A stretch of DNA of 54,407 nucleotides, filler included, from Catajapyx aquilonaris (Eukaryota): the NCBI GenBank assembly GCA_000934665.2. It is 3 parts of 3 records of this genome, joined end to end, with 100 filler letters (N's around TTAATTAATTAA, not from the genome) between each part and the next. Parts side by side here need not be neighbours in the genome. Positions count along the whole stretch, not along the records: positions 18,190 to 36,252 come from JYFJ02006794.1; positions 36,353 to 54,407 come from JYFJ02006795.1; 1 more part is not named here. One strand, 5' to 3'. Position 1 is the first letter of the stretch. The number at the start of each line of letters is the position of its first letter. Below the pieces are notes generated by a model. The model made no database searches, was not told where the DNA came from, and saw only the letters and a list, made by a program, of their open reading frames with translations. A program made the position numbers and the translations under genes. Positions 23,901-36,699 of this stretch are shown piece after piece.

Positions 23901-26900
23901 CCAGAAATTCATTCACCAATACCTCCACTCTTGACACCCAAAAAACCAAACCAAACCAAACAGCCAAAAACCTCCATTCCACCTCTGAATTAGGCCAGAG
24001 TAATCCTATCAATTAGCTGTAACAATCGTCCAAAGCTGGCTGGCAAGTTTGTGGTGGATAGAAGGTGGGGATATTTATGGTCTTGGGAAACCATATAGAC
24101 TACAATGGTCAGTGAAGATCTGTACAATCCTGGGGGCAGCACAATGATGTAGTGGGTAATGCCAAGGACTTCCACCTCTGAAGTTCCAAATTTGAATCCC
24201 AGGTTAGATTTAATACACAGTGGAACCTCGTACTTCGAAAGCCCCTAACTTCGAATGTTCCAGAGTTCGAACATTTAATTCACGATAAATTTGACCTGGA
24301 GTTCGAATTATGCTTCTAAGATTTGGATCTACTCGCATGTTGAAAAAATGCTCTTGCTGCGTAAACGCCATATGTTTTGTGCGCCCAGTTCGTCTCAAGC
24401 TATTGCTGTGAAAGCATATCTTGTGTTACCCTCGTGTGTTTTCAGTGCTTTTATCACTTTATTTTGATTGATTAGATTGATTATGTACTGTACAGGGTGA
24501 TCCAACTTTATCGCCCCAACAGTTATTGGAAAAATCGCGTAAGCTGCTACTTTTAAGCAGTTACTTGCTAAGAGTTACTTTCTCAAGTATTTGGAATAGC
24601 ATCTGCTGATATTAGGTCCAATGCCCGTGTACCAAATGGGTCAATCGCGAGGGGTCGGATGCGAACTGTTGCGACCCTGAAATGGAAAGGTGTCATCATC
24701 TCTTTTATTTCCTCATCTCCAAACTGATTCATGTGTTGGCCTTCAAAATGGCCCATTTTGGTGTTAGCTGGAGGGATTCAGATGAGGTCTCTAGCTGCCA
24801 ATCAGAGGACTAATCCGTCGAACCGGACATACCCGGTTGTGTCAATAAATAGGTCATTAATTGGTACATGGGCATTGGACCAAGCAGATGCTATTTCAGA
24901 TACTCGAGAAAGTAACTCTTAGCAACAGAGCAGCTTAAAAAGTAGCAGCTTACGCAATTTTTCCAATAACTGTTGGGGCGATAAAGTTGGATCACCCTGT
25001 ATAATGGACCCTTTCTCTTCATTCTCACCTTCCTGTCCACCAGCCACACCAGCAATCCTCACTGGTACAGAAAATGCAATTTTTAATTTATTATACAGTA
25101 TTTCCGTATGTTATTTATTGTTTTATTTTTAATTCATTATTAGGGCATTAATTGTGTTATTTTTTACCTTAAATTATGTGTATTTACTGTTTATGTTTAT
25201 CGAAATAGGTGTTGTTGGGGGTCTGGGAACAGATTCATTCACTTTTCATTATATCTTATGGGGAAAACTGATTTGGACTTCAAACAATTCAGACTTCAAA
25301 CATCCTCCTGAAACAAATTAAGTTCAAAGTACAAGGCACCACTGTACAGGGTTTCTCTCTGTGTTTGTACGCGTTTCCTTGGGGGGATCTCCTATTTACT
25401 CCTACTGTCAAAAAACCTCTCTCACCTTCTCCTATGCCACATGGTATTAGTTGCTTTGGCTCCCCCTAGAAACCAAACCAATATACAATTTGGAAGTTAG
25501 CTAGAGAAGCTGACATGCACAGGAGGAAGTCAAGCAGGTTTTTTCTGGTACCAGTACCCTTGATATCTTTGATGCCATAGGCCACGATCTCTACTCCCAC
25601 TGCCTAATGGAGAAATCCAGAAGAATTCATAAATACATTTTATAGCTGAAATTAAGAATAGTGCAGTAAGAATGGAAGTGCAGTGTTATTGAAAGTCATC
25701 ACCTGTTCAAGAATAAGTTGGTATTTTCACTGAATTAACATTTATGTTATAATTGGAATTTCTTTTGTAGGAGAGAAGGGGAGGGCCTTGTGATGTATTT
25801 TAATTTTTGATGTCTTGGCAACCTATTTTGCTCTTTACCTACATGCTTTTTCAAAAGTGCATATGCTGAAAGGCAACCATGTCGCAGCATAATTTCAAGT
25901 AACACATTCCAAATTCTATTCCAGGCTACTTCCTGACCTACTATGGGAACCGCAGTGTGGCCAAGAAGGCAAAAGCCTGCCAGCTCATGTTTGAGAAGTT
26001 GGGGAAGGCTGCATATGATGCTCGCTGCTATGATGATGGAGAGGAAGATTTTTTGAGGAGAGTTCCCTGTCCTCAGGGGAAACTTTGTGAAGATGAGGAT
26101 AGACCCCACAATGTGGTTGAAAACTACCAATTCACCTATGCCATACAAGACATCAGTCAGCCCAGGTGAAGTCCTGTAGTCCTTTAGAGAAAAGTCTCCT
26201 AAGGAGAATGGAAGGTCCTGTCCTTTATTGAATGAGAGGAGGGTTTACTTTGGTTATACGAAACCCTCCTCTCAATTTTTGCATATTTCTGACAATAGGT
26301 TTGTAACAAGGAGTAACCTTCACATGTGAATTTGTTGTACCATCCTGTGATATGTGAAAGTGTTGCAACGATGTTTTAAAATGCAGTGAAAATTTTGACA
26401 CAGATTCCGTGCTTTGTCACTCTCCAAACTGATTCTGAGAGTGGTGATAAGTTATTCCAAAAACAACAACTGCATCCTCACATGCTAATGAGCTGTGCTC
26501 ACTTACTCATAGTTGCTATATCTATGGAATTTTTTACAAATATATGATGTCACTCAGTGACACGGTGTTACTCATTATTGGAGCACAGAGATGTGAGGAA
26601 TCTAATGGTATAGTTTACCGACACATCTCAAAAGTTTAATTTTTAAACTCTTGACTGGCTCTTTTGACATTCCTCACATGTCCTATTTAATGAGCCTATG
26701 TACAGTACCGCTCATAAAGAATGAGACGACTGTGGAAGAAATGTTTATTCTTTTCCCAACCCATGGGTCACCAGCATGTTTTTAAGGGTCTCGGGGAAGG
26801 CAGGGTAAAGGGAAAGAAAATAAAGAAAAAAATAATAGGAAAAACAAGGCAAAGTAGGAAAATTGTAGGCCAAATTCATCTCAAATCTGCATAAGCATTG

Positions 26901-29900
26901 TACCTGGTAATAAAAATTTTCGGGAAAAAAATCTGGATTAGGGGAAAGGAGTCATACAGATCCCCAGAGATCGAGGAAAGGTTGTACATAGGGTTGTGTC
27001 GATATAAGGGTGGGAACACTGCTGGACAGTGAAGATAAACCTTTCGTCCATAGAGTTGTCTCATTCTTTATGAGCGGTACTGTACACGACACTTTGCTCA
27101 AACCATTTTCATCCAATGACGTCTCATCTTATGAAATTTTGTCCAAAGGCCTGACAAAATTATGATCCAATGTACTTTTTTATCCTACACAACACTACAT
27201 CCAAATATAAGACCAAAGTCCCAGTAGCAGCACAAAGGGGATATTTATGGACGATTTATTCATGCTTTTGTCGTACAAATGGGGAAGGTGTGGTGGCCGA
27301 GATGGTAACATCTCGGCTTGCTAAGCGAAAGGTCCCAGGTTCAATCCCGGCCTGGAATTTCCCTTTCGCCTGCGTCAGGAGGGTCTCTGACTCACGCCTT
27401 GGAGGTGTCTGGCAACCTAGCCTCCTGGGGAACAGCACATGACCCCTTTACAGACATTGCACTTGCACCCAGGTTTCCTCCCCAAAAATCCCCACCCTTA
27501 CCCTTAATCCCTGTATCCCTGCACAATCAGTTTGGGTGAAGTAGTACAGTAAAGTCGAACTTCCCTAAGTCTAAGTTCTCTATGAGTCGAAGAAAATGAT
27601 GATCTTGGTTGGTCACAATGTAAAAGAATAAGAAATAAACTTCCCTAACTCGAATTTCTATAACTCGAAGTCCAGGCAGGGCCTTACGATGGGATATCAA
27701 TGCATTTTCAGTCTCCCTAAGTCGAAGTTCATGTTGGCGAGTACGGAAAATTTTCTCATTTCCCAGCCGAAGGGTCGAGAGTAGGCCACATGTACAGAAA
27801 GGCTCAATTTCCTGATCTCCGTTTACCAGACGTACCTAAAGAAGTGTTTGACTCTGTTGTGACAATTGAATCCTTGAATCTGAGAGTAGGCAAATATAAC
27901 TGAGATTTTTTAAAACAATAAAACAACGAGGAACATTGTAAGTGTGATAGTGACAGTTATTTTTAAGTTTTGAACACCTTTTGTCGCTGGATATAAAGGT
28001 AGGCTTCCTTATAGAGTTATGTGCTTTAAAAAATCCGAACTTCTCTAACTCGAATCTTCTATAACTCGAAGTTTTTTCCCAGTCCCATGGAGATTTGACT
28101 TATAGAAGTTTTACTGTATTATACCGAGTAGCTTGCTTAGCTTCCTGAAAGCTCATTTATGTGAAGCCCTAGCCAGCAAAATAAGTGTATTGTGTGCTGA
28201 GCTATCTGAGACCATTGGCCCACAATGACATCTGCTGGCCTGTGCCTGTGGTAGGGGTTTCCATGAGCTGTTTGTATTTTTCCTGTGTTCTCTGGCCAGC
28301 ATGCTGGGAAATGACAATAATACACACATTACCATATATTTAAGTGAATTAATAATTTTAAATCATTAAACACATTTTCTACTAATTGTAATACTTGTAC
28401 GTTGCTGGTACGAGGAAAACTGGTTGAGCAGGTCAGCCAGTTTGTATACCTGGGTAGTGTCCTTGAGAGTAATGGTAGAATTGATGGGGAAATAGACAGG
28501 AGAGTTAGTTCTGGGTTGAAAGTGATAGGTGCCACAAGTAAGTTTTCTAGAAATAAGGACTTATCTTCTGCCTGTAGGTTGTCTGTCTACTCTCACGTTA
28601 TTGTTCCTTCACTTATGTATGGTAGTGAAGCGTGGGTCTGGTCAGATAGGCATAAGAGTAGGGTGTTGGCTACAGAGATGCGTTATCTCCGGGCTGTTTG
28701 TGGGGTTACCAAGTTCGATAGGATTAGGAATGAGGAGATTTTGGAGAGGTATAATGTTAAGGAGACTGTTAAAGATAAGGTGTGTAGGTCTACTCTAAGG
28801 TGGTTTGGCCATGTGGAGAGGATGAAGGAGGAGGAGATTGTGAAGAAGGTTTATATGGGTGGAGTAGTTGGTAAGAGGGGCAAGGGTAGGCCTAGGAAGA
28901 CATGGTTGGACCAGGTGGGTCAGTGTCTTAAGGGTGTTGCTAGTGTTAAGCCGAGACGTTCTTGTGTCAATAGGACCATGGACGTGGCTGAGGCTAGGGT
29001 TGTTTGTTTGGATAGGTGTAAATGGCGTAGGTTAATTAATGGGTAAATAGGTAAATATGTCTGAGGATAAGGTGATGTCTGAGGTGGGCAGGGGTGGGGG
29101 GTGGGACAGGTTGTTTTTAGGTTATTTCTCATGAGTTTTATTAGTTCATATGTTGGGTTAGCTTGCATCTCCCTTCATCGCTGACTACCCCTCATAGGGA
29201 ATGTCGTGATGTTGTTGTTGTTGTTGTTGTAATACTTAAATACAAATTCTGGATTTCTGCCACACTCAGCAATTCTAACTACAAGAACAAACGTTTCACG
29301 TAAACGAGCCTCATGTAAATGTGCACATTCTAAGTGGATCAGTGAGATTGATGTGCAGGTGAACACAAGTGCGCAGAAAATCTAGACTCTGATGGTGCAG
29401 TCTATTTACTTAAACTAGAGAGTAAATCCAAGGCAAGAGGTCAAAATCATTGAGGAAATGTTTTCTAATAGCTAACTGTAAGCCACCGCACCACTAAGGA
29501 CCTGGTAGGGAAGATTACCATTCCACATCAACTTGCAAATTTCTATGGCATTCCTTTCATTATATCTGTGAGAGATATTGTGAATGAGTCATAGGTAAGG
29601 ATAAGACCTTTTCAAATGCCTGTTGATAAGGTAGACAATAAAGTGCTTTTTACCTCCTTGGTGACAGTGATAGTTATCATTTCCCTGATTGGGCTTGAAC
29701 AGCAGAAAGCACTTGGGAATCAGGGATGAACTCTTTCTCCAGGTTTACATTTCAGATTATATTAAAGTGGATTGCACCGTCAGAATCTATATTTTTTGTC
29801 CTGTTTTTAGAGACCAACTTGCAATATCACACTTGGGTCATATTCAGAATCATGTCACTGTTCCCTGCTATGCCTAGGATAATGGCAGAATCATCTATCC

Positions 29901-32900
29901 CCCAGATTACGGCAGAATAAGAAGGAATAAAATGAAGTGTGTTTGAAGTGTTAGTCACACTGTGGGGNGGTGGTGGGGGGGGGGCTACAGAAGTGCTATT
30001 GACCATGCTGATTGTTGTAACTATTTATTCCTCTTTATTTCATGCTATACTATCCACCATTCCTGGTCTAAGTTTTCTTATCTACCCAGGGGTAGGAAGG
30101 TTTAAGCCAATTCCTTGTTTATGAATGCACCTTCTTTGTAGGCTTACCTGTTCCTGCAAGAGTAAGTGTTAGATCCTGCTGTTCCATGTTTTCAGGTCTT
30201 TCTGAATATGATCCATTGGCACTACAGTAGAACCCTGATTATCAGTCGCCCATGGGACTGGGGCATCATCGGATAACCGAAAAGGTCAGATAATCCGAAG
30301 AGTTAAAAATCTTTAATAAAACACAACAAATCATAATTATATAAAACATGAAATAACGTACAATGTTATGGTTTTCTAAGAAATAGTGAAGTATTTTTCT
30401 TTTACACACACACTCGACTGTACTGTATTTACAATTTAACTAAGGCAAAAAACAAACCAATGCGTTGAACATTACAGTATTTCATGAGGAAACATAGATT
30501 TATTGCCAGAGCGAGACAGTTGGATAATTGGGGTTCTACTGTACTTGAAAAGTCTATTTGGCCCTTTTTCCCTTCTCAAGGTGTTTTATGACATAAAACT
30601 ATTTTTATACTGATAATTTTACAGTGAGTTTTTCATGCAATATGTTTTTTGCAAACCAGGTTCTGGTACATAAGTCTGGTTGCCTGTTACCGTGGTCCTG
30701 ACTGCAACTGGTTACCTCTTGACGAAGGCGGGATCATAAAGTATGACGTTTGGTTGGTCAATGGGTATCCCTACATGAAAGAGCGCAATCCACTGGAGTA
30801 TCAGTTTTCATTTGACAGACAGGTTTGTTGTCATGTAGATGTACTTGGTAGATTTACATGTTGAAGTTATTATCTTCCATTACAGGACATAGTGGAGATT
30901 TACCTGGTATTCCTGGTATTCTATGCAGTACTGGTACCGCTGCAGGTATATGCCATGGTGAGGCAGAAACACCCTATACCTAGATTGTTCACAGTCAGCA
31001 TAGTGCTTGAGGCACTTGGAGTTTTCTGCAATGTGGTTCATGTGCTCAAGTTTGCCTTTGATGGAGATGGATTCCAGGATCTTGCCATCACAGGGGATAT
31101 TCTGGATATTTTGTCTCAGGTTGAAGTGGATTGAAAGGTTGATAGTTGGCCTTTGTTGCTTGACACTAATTTAAATATTGATTCTAGACCCTGTTTATGC
31201 TGCTGCTCCTACTCTTAGCCAAAGGATGGGCCATCACAAGGTTGGAACTGACATGGAAGCCTGTAGTATTTGCCATATGGACTCTCTATGGTGTCATACA
31301 CATTTTGCTATACATCTGGAAGCTAGTAAGTAGTTTTCTTTTCAACTTTGGCTTGTTCAGTCCTGTAAGAGATAACCCTGCTTAACCCCTTCGCTACCAG
31401 CTAAGCAGAAAACGCATAGATTTTTCCTTACACCTAGTCTGAAGATATGGACAAGATATTTTACAAATAATAACAGTTTACCCATTAATGAAAAACACTA
31501 TGAATGTGTTGCAAACAATTTTACTCCTCTAGAAGTCCCAAAATTAATTTCCAAAAAGACCACCTTAAAAACTCGAAATTAAAGTACTACCGGCCAACTG
31601 TTAGGCTGATTTATTTATGAAATACGTTGAAATATACGGAACAACAACCTTGAGAACCTTTCTAGACAAATTTGCTGAAATCGTCGTCCTTTGCAAGAAA
31701 TAAATTAATACTTATTTGCAGCTTGCTGGCACTTCGGACAACTCCTATTCATTTTGGGAGTTTTCCGAAGTGCCAGCAAGCCACAAATACTATTTCTCGC
31801 AAAGTACAACGATTTCAGCAAATTTGTGTAGCACTGTTCTCAATGTTGTGGCTCAAGGAATACGCTGACGGCCGTTGGCTGGACTAGTAACAAACACCCT
31901 GTATGGTTGTGTACCTGGAAGGTGTAATAGGCATAGTGTACAAGCCTATAAGCTACTTCTCCCTCAATTTTCTTTTCTTTAATAGCTAACAAAATATTTT
32001 CTTTATAGACGGAGGTTGATGTAATTGAGGACATAGATGAGTATCAGACATGGCCTGGCTGGCTTATCCTCATATTCAGAACAGCCATAATGGTGTGGTT
32101 CTTGTATGAGCTACGGGATACCATGCTATATGAGCACAACAAGCGCAAGCTCAACTTTTTCCTTCACTTTGGAGCATCATCCTTGGTGTGGTTCATCTAT
32201 CTTCCTATTGTGGCTCTCATTGCACTTCAAGTCTCTGCACTCTGGAGGTTCAAGCTGCTGCTAGGTGAGTAAAATTGTTTTCCAACAGTTATCACACTGT
32301 GTGTGCGGGGGAGGTGTGGTGGCCGAGATGGTAACGTCTCGGCTTGCTGTGTGAAAGGCCCCAGGTTCGATCCCCGCCTGGGGAACTTTCGTTTCACCTG
32401 CGTCAGGAGGGTCTCTGACCTGCACCAAGGAGGTGTCTGGCAACCTAGCCTCCTGGGGGACTGCACATGACCCGTTTAACGACATTGCACTTGCACTCGT
32501 GTCCCCTCCCCGAAAATCCCTATCCTTACCCAATTTCCATGATTCCTTGCACCGAAGTTGAGAAACTTTAACAAAAATAAATAAAGGTTCATGCGATATA
32601 CCCCCGTTTGGGGGTGAAAGCATTACCCACAATTATTATATATTATTATATTATTATCACACTGTGACCTCACAAAAACCTCACAATTCTGTCACAACAC
32701 TCTTAGAAGACAGCCAATGGTAGTGGCAATTTTTATGACATAAAGGTAAAATTTTTCAGCGTAATCGCCTTGGCTCACTCTCATTTGACTCAACCTTATA
32801 AATCACTTGTTCCTGATCACAGTTATTTATCGCATTCTTTTTTAAAAATGTATCTGAAAGATGTAGCACTGAAATAGTGCCTAACAATTTCATTAATTTT

Positions 32901-33242
32901 AAATAAGTATGACTTCTATTAATTAGCTTTGTACTCCATGAACCAAGATCCTCCTCTTGTCCCCCATATTTTCTTTGTACATGAGTCCTCCTTCCAGGAA
33001 TGACATATGCAGCAGACTTGATGGCGTTCTGTGTGATGATGCACCTTCTATGGCCCACCCGCAGTGAGCAGTACTTCTTGCTTCTGGCCCAGGATTCTGA
33101 CCTCACTGAGGAGCTGGAGGAGTTCAATGAGGCTCCACATGTTCTGCGTGCGCACAAACTCTCTGCAACCCCAACCCCAACTGCACAGATGCCCAGTCCC
33201 TTCCTTGGACCCATTGGTGTTACCACCAAGCTCCCTACTTGA
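20944..33242 (+). CDS. GPR180/TMEM145-family multi-pass membrane protein (intimal thickness-related receptor-like), 539 aa
   Basis: Exons 20944-21286, 25925-26165, 30660-30822, 30886-31119, 31188-31325, 32009-32264, 32998-33242 sum to 1620 nt, open, all GT-AG. Signal-like hydrophobic stretch, then FLAKFGFQ, CPQGKLC, PRFWYISLVAC, QFSFD, LLLLAKGWAITR and EYQTWPG, followed by ~7 hydrophobic segments. Confidence 0.9.
21957..23630. mobile_element. Non-autonomous DNA transposon with TAG..CTA termini and 3-bp TAA TSD (Academ- or PIF/Harbinger-like)
   Basis: TIR TAGTCCAGGT(A/G)CTAA; TSD TAA confirmed against the empty site (AACTAAGGC) in the paralog at ~30440; internal ~140-170-bp tandem repeats. 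Confidence 0.65.
22511..23480. mobile_element. Foldback (almost fully palindromic) element, TA TSD
   Basis: Arms ~22511-22990 and ~23060-23480 are reverse complements; it splits a host repeat unit at CACTA|GTTC. Confidence 0.8.
24218..25344. mobile_element. Tigger-like MITE hosting a second MITE
   Basis: CAGTGGAACCTCGTACTTCGAA / TTCAAAGTACAAGGCACCACTG termini; subterminal TTCGAA repeats. Confidence 0.65.
24493..24999. mobile_element. Tc1/mariner-type MITE
   Basis: TA|CAGGGTGATCCAACTTTATCGCCCC... with ~140-bp TIRs, ending |TA. Confidence 0.85.
26703..27082. mobile_element. MITE (TA TSD)
   Basis: TIR CAGTACCGCTCATAAAGAATGAGAC; related fragment near 6570. Confidence 0.8.
27281..27535 (+). mobile_element. 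tRNA-derived SINE, family B
   Basis: Homologous to the 14377-14720 and 32302-32653 copies; 3' end abuts a MITE. Confidence 0.8.
27547..28116. mobile_element. pogo/Tigger-type MITE
   Basis: TA|CAGTAAA...TTTACTG|TA with repeated TAACTCGAA/TAAGTCGAA motifs. Confidence 0.7.
28397..29226 (+). mobile_element. 5'-truncated RTE-clade non-LTR retrotransposon
   Basis: ORF 28402-29046 has the RT C-terminal motifs FVYLGS, PSLMYGSEAW, LRWFGHVERM and GRPRKTWLD; (TTG)n tail; 11-bp TSD TTGTAATACTT (28386-28396 / 29227-29237). Confidence 0.92.
30225..30541. mobile_element. Tigger-like MITE, intact copy
   Basis: TA|CAGTAGAACCC...GGGTTCTACTG|TA; homologous to 21754-23750. Confidence 0.85.
32302..32653 (+). 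mobile_element. tRNA-derived SINE, family B
   Basis: A and B boxes; (TTA)n-like tail; 13-bp TSD TTATCACACTGTG (32289-32301 / 32654-32666). Confidence 0.9.
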
Positions 33243-33552
33243 ACTTCACTTTGTAAGGAGTCAGACAACTCATTTCCTATTTAGCTTACCTGACACCCAC
33301 TGTCTCACCTGATTTTTAACTGCAAGGAAGATTGATGGGGGACTGAGTTTTCAATCTGCTTTTGCCATAACTTCTTACTGAATCCTAGAGGACTGTATGG
33401 CAGGCTTCTGTCAGCCCAATTCTTGCTACTTTTTTACATTCTTTACATAGTGATCAAGTGGATTAAGTCACAGTGTTAGGATGGGAGGGTAATGAAGTGT
33501 AGGATAAGTGGAGTTATAAAAATATGAGGGATGAATCAATAGGGGGATTCAG

Positions 33553-33637
33553 TAATTGAAGCCCACAGCTGGAAAACGTTGTATCAAACGTTTTTACAAC
33601 GTTTGATACAACGTTTTCCAGCTGTGGGCTTCAATTA
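33553..33637. repeat. Perfect 40-bp-arm hairpin
   Basis: 33553-33592 is the exact reverse complement of 33598-33637; 5-nt loop. Confidence 0.9.
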
Positions 33638-34641
33638 TTGTTTAGAAGGAAATAGTAACCTACATGTAATAAGAAAAATCAAATATGGAAGTTAGCATAA
33701 TGGGAACGTGTACAGCATGTAAATACAGAGTAATGCCCTGTCCAAGGTCACAATGAGTTGGGGAGAAGTTAGAAAATGTTTACTCCAGCAACCATTGTAA
33801 AGAGAAGCAACCAGTTGGAAGTGACAATCAGAGCCACGTCCTCTATCATGGTTGCTGCTTCTCTGTAAAATGTTTGCTAGTGTAAACAAATCAAAACTTT
33901 TTCCCTCCTCAATTGTTTGACTGCAGACTTGGGCAGTGCACCAAATGCTACAATGATATAATTTCTGGATTGTTCAAGGCCATTGATTATGCATACCAAA
34001 TACATAGGTTTCTAATTATCTCCGCATGAACTGGCCAGCCAAAATGATGAGATCAAAGGTTGTTGAACATCTGAGCAAATGAAATGTGATGCAGTTGGTG
34101 TATCCCTTTTATCACCTGGTGTAGTGTAAGGATAGTTCAGTTTACGTCACAATGGAGTTTAATGATGTCACAGTGTAAGCAGTTTAAAACCCTCATGCAA
34201 TAAGTGGCTGCTCAGTGCAAGTATCAGGGAAGCAAGATGGTGGATGGTGCAAGCATTCAGAACTACGATATTTGGCATGCTTGGCATAGCAAATCTGGAG
34301 CTTGTACTATCACAGCTACAGATTTTGACTTGAATTTTTTATTTATACCAGGCTTAGGAGATTGTGTTGCGCATGTGTATGAACAACACAGTTTCACTCA
34401 TCAAGCTGAGAGCTCAGCACGATTCATACATAATGAATTTCATATTTGCATCAGGCACAATTTCTCTACTCAAATTCATGACTATACCATAATAAATAAT
34501 GTAAAGTAAAGTATGGAACAAGTATGTGCACATGCATGTTGTAGAAACATGCAAATATGACTGGCAATAAATAGGCATATTTAGTGTTAAGTTGTGGATT
34601 TCACATAGGATGTGCAGCCTTAAAAAACTACCGGTATACAG

Positions 34642-34957
34642 CAGGCTTCCCAATCTTTTTCGTTGGCGACTGCAGAAAATCGTCTCGTAAAATTCCCTAC
34701 ACCCCAGATGTGCACATTTTGGTCCCCCAAAATGAAAAGACAGGTGAACAGCAGTGAAACGAAAATCATTGATAACCATTGTTGAGTATCTGACCTGTTC
34801 TGTAACTAACCTTACGGACATAATTGTCAAGAGCTATAATTTTAAAGAATAAAAAATAAATTTTAATTTTAAATTTATAAAACATAAGAATAAATTTGTG
34901 AAAATGTTAAGTTCGTGACCCCAAATGGGGTCGCAACCCACAGTTTGGGAAGCACTG
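34642..34957. mobile_element. hAT (Charlie-like) MITE
   Basis: CAGGCTTCCCAA...TTGGGAAGCACTG with an imperfect 8-bp TSD GTATACAG / CTATAGAG. Confidence 0.6.
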
Positions 34958-34986
34958 CTATAGAGAATTTGATGACCCATGCTATA

Positions 34987-35543
34987 CAGGGTGGTAGGTA
35001 AATGGCGCCCAAGCTTCAGGTAGCGAGATTCCTTGTGAAAAACCAGTGTATGGAAGTGAGGTCCTATTGCTCTACGACGCCTGGTTAGGGCTCACGAGGT
35101 CTCCAAAGTTTGGACCAAACCATGACGTCACATCCGCCTGCGAAATTCAAACACTACCGTATAGCTACCGTACACGGTGCGTTGCCATGTTGACATCCCC
35201 CATATTTTCACCAACCAATGGAACCGTATAAACTCACAGGCAACGCCTGGCAATGTCCCTTATGCGTTTATACGTTGCCAGGTGTTGCCATACCATTGTC
35301 CCTGTGAGTTTATACGGTTCCATGGTTTGGGGGATGTCAACATGGCAATGCACCGCGTTCGGTAGCTATACGGCAGTGTTTGAATTTCTCAGGCGGATGT
35401 GGCATCATGGTTTGGCCCAAACTTTGGAGACCTTGTGAGCCCTAACCAGGCGTCGCAGAGCAATAGGACCTCACTTCCATATACTGGTTTTTCACAAGGA
35501 ATCTCACTACCTGAAGCTTGGGCGCCATTTACTGACCACCCTG
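34987..35543. mobile_element. Palindromic Tc1/mariner-type MITE
   Basis: TA|CAGGGTGG...CCACCCTG|TA; almost the whole 557 bp is self-complementary. Confidence 0.88.
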
Positions 35544-36252
35544 TATATCTTGACCAGCATGAAAACAGCCACTTTTCCTCTCCTTCACAAAATAGGCATC
35601 ATATTATGAAAATCATTAGAAGTAAAAGTTGTTATAAGCCAAATTATACTTCAGACATTATAAGCACTTCTTTTTTGCATGTTCACTGCACAACTTCTTT
35701 TTTGAGCGTGCAGAAGTGCTTCCCATGTGTAATATGGGAGCCATATACTGGAATATACAAGTGCAATGTTAGCACTGGTGTAATACCAGAGCTACACTGG
35801 ATGATAAATGGATAGACCTACTGAAAGAAATATTTTTTAAATGTTTATTTTTCAAGTGGATCTCTTGATTATATTTCTTGGATGTTGAGGCAGATCATAT
35901 TTCTATAACATAGACTGTAGGTCACAATTAATTCTCTGCAAGAAGTGCTGGAAGCACATATCAGAGTGTGAGTATCTCGGGAATTGAAACTGTTTCCCTT
36001 GTACTAAAGCAAGATCTTTGAAACTTCTAAGGCCTACATATGATGGCAAACAGTGTGTACAAGTTTTATGCTTACAGCTCACATCCACACTCAAGGCTGA
36101 ATAGTCATTATGCCATGTACTGATTACAACTATCCTAGGCTACCCTGATTGAAAGCTGACAAAGTACAGGAGGGCTGGGTGGGTCCTGTCTTTAGGAACT
36201 GAAGTTTAATCCCCTGTTCAAGCACAATTTTCTCCATGAAAATAATTTTGGA

Positions 36253-36352
36253 NNNNNNNNNNNNNNNNNNNNNNNNNNNNNNNNNNNNNNNNNNNNTTAA
36301 TTAATTAANNNNNNNNNNNNNNNNNNNNNNNNNNNNNNNNNNNNNNNNNNNN
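36253..36352. other. Assembly gap linker
   Basis: N44-TTAATTAATTAA-N44. Confidence 0.95.
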
Positions 36353-36699
36353 ATCGGTCGCGTATGTTTCCCTGATTTTAGCCCTTCTTATTAACATTCC
36401 AATTCTAGACTCTCATTTGATTAGCAAGTCGCTTCATTTCCACCTTAAGTTGCTAGATGGCTCTGCTGTTGCCAGGTTATGGCACATCGCATCGTTGGTT
36501 ACTATCCGAGCGCCATCTATCAACAAAACAGTCCGCTCGCCTAGCGCCTCTCGCCTGACGCGTCTGAGCGCGCCCGTTCCTTGTCTATGAACCCCCTCTA
36601 GATGGGGTTTCCGGACACTGGTTCCTATGTCAAAAATACTTGTCTTGGTCCCCTCTATTACCCCTGAAAGTCTTTGCAGAGTTACAATAAACACCCTGT

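Noticed and set aside
32756..33268. 170-aa minus-strand ORF
   Set aside because: Antisense to the last coding exon of the GPR180/TMEM145-like gene; no independent support.
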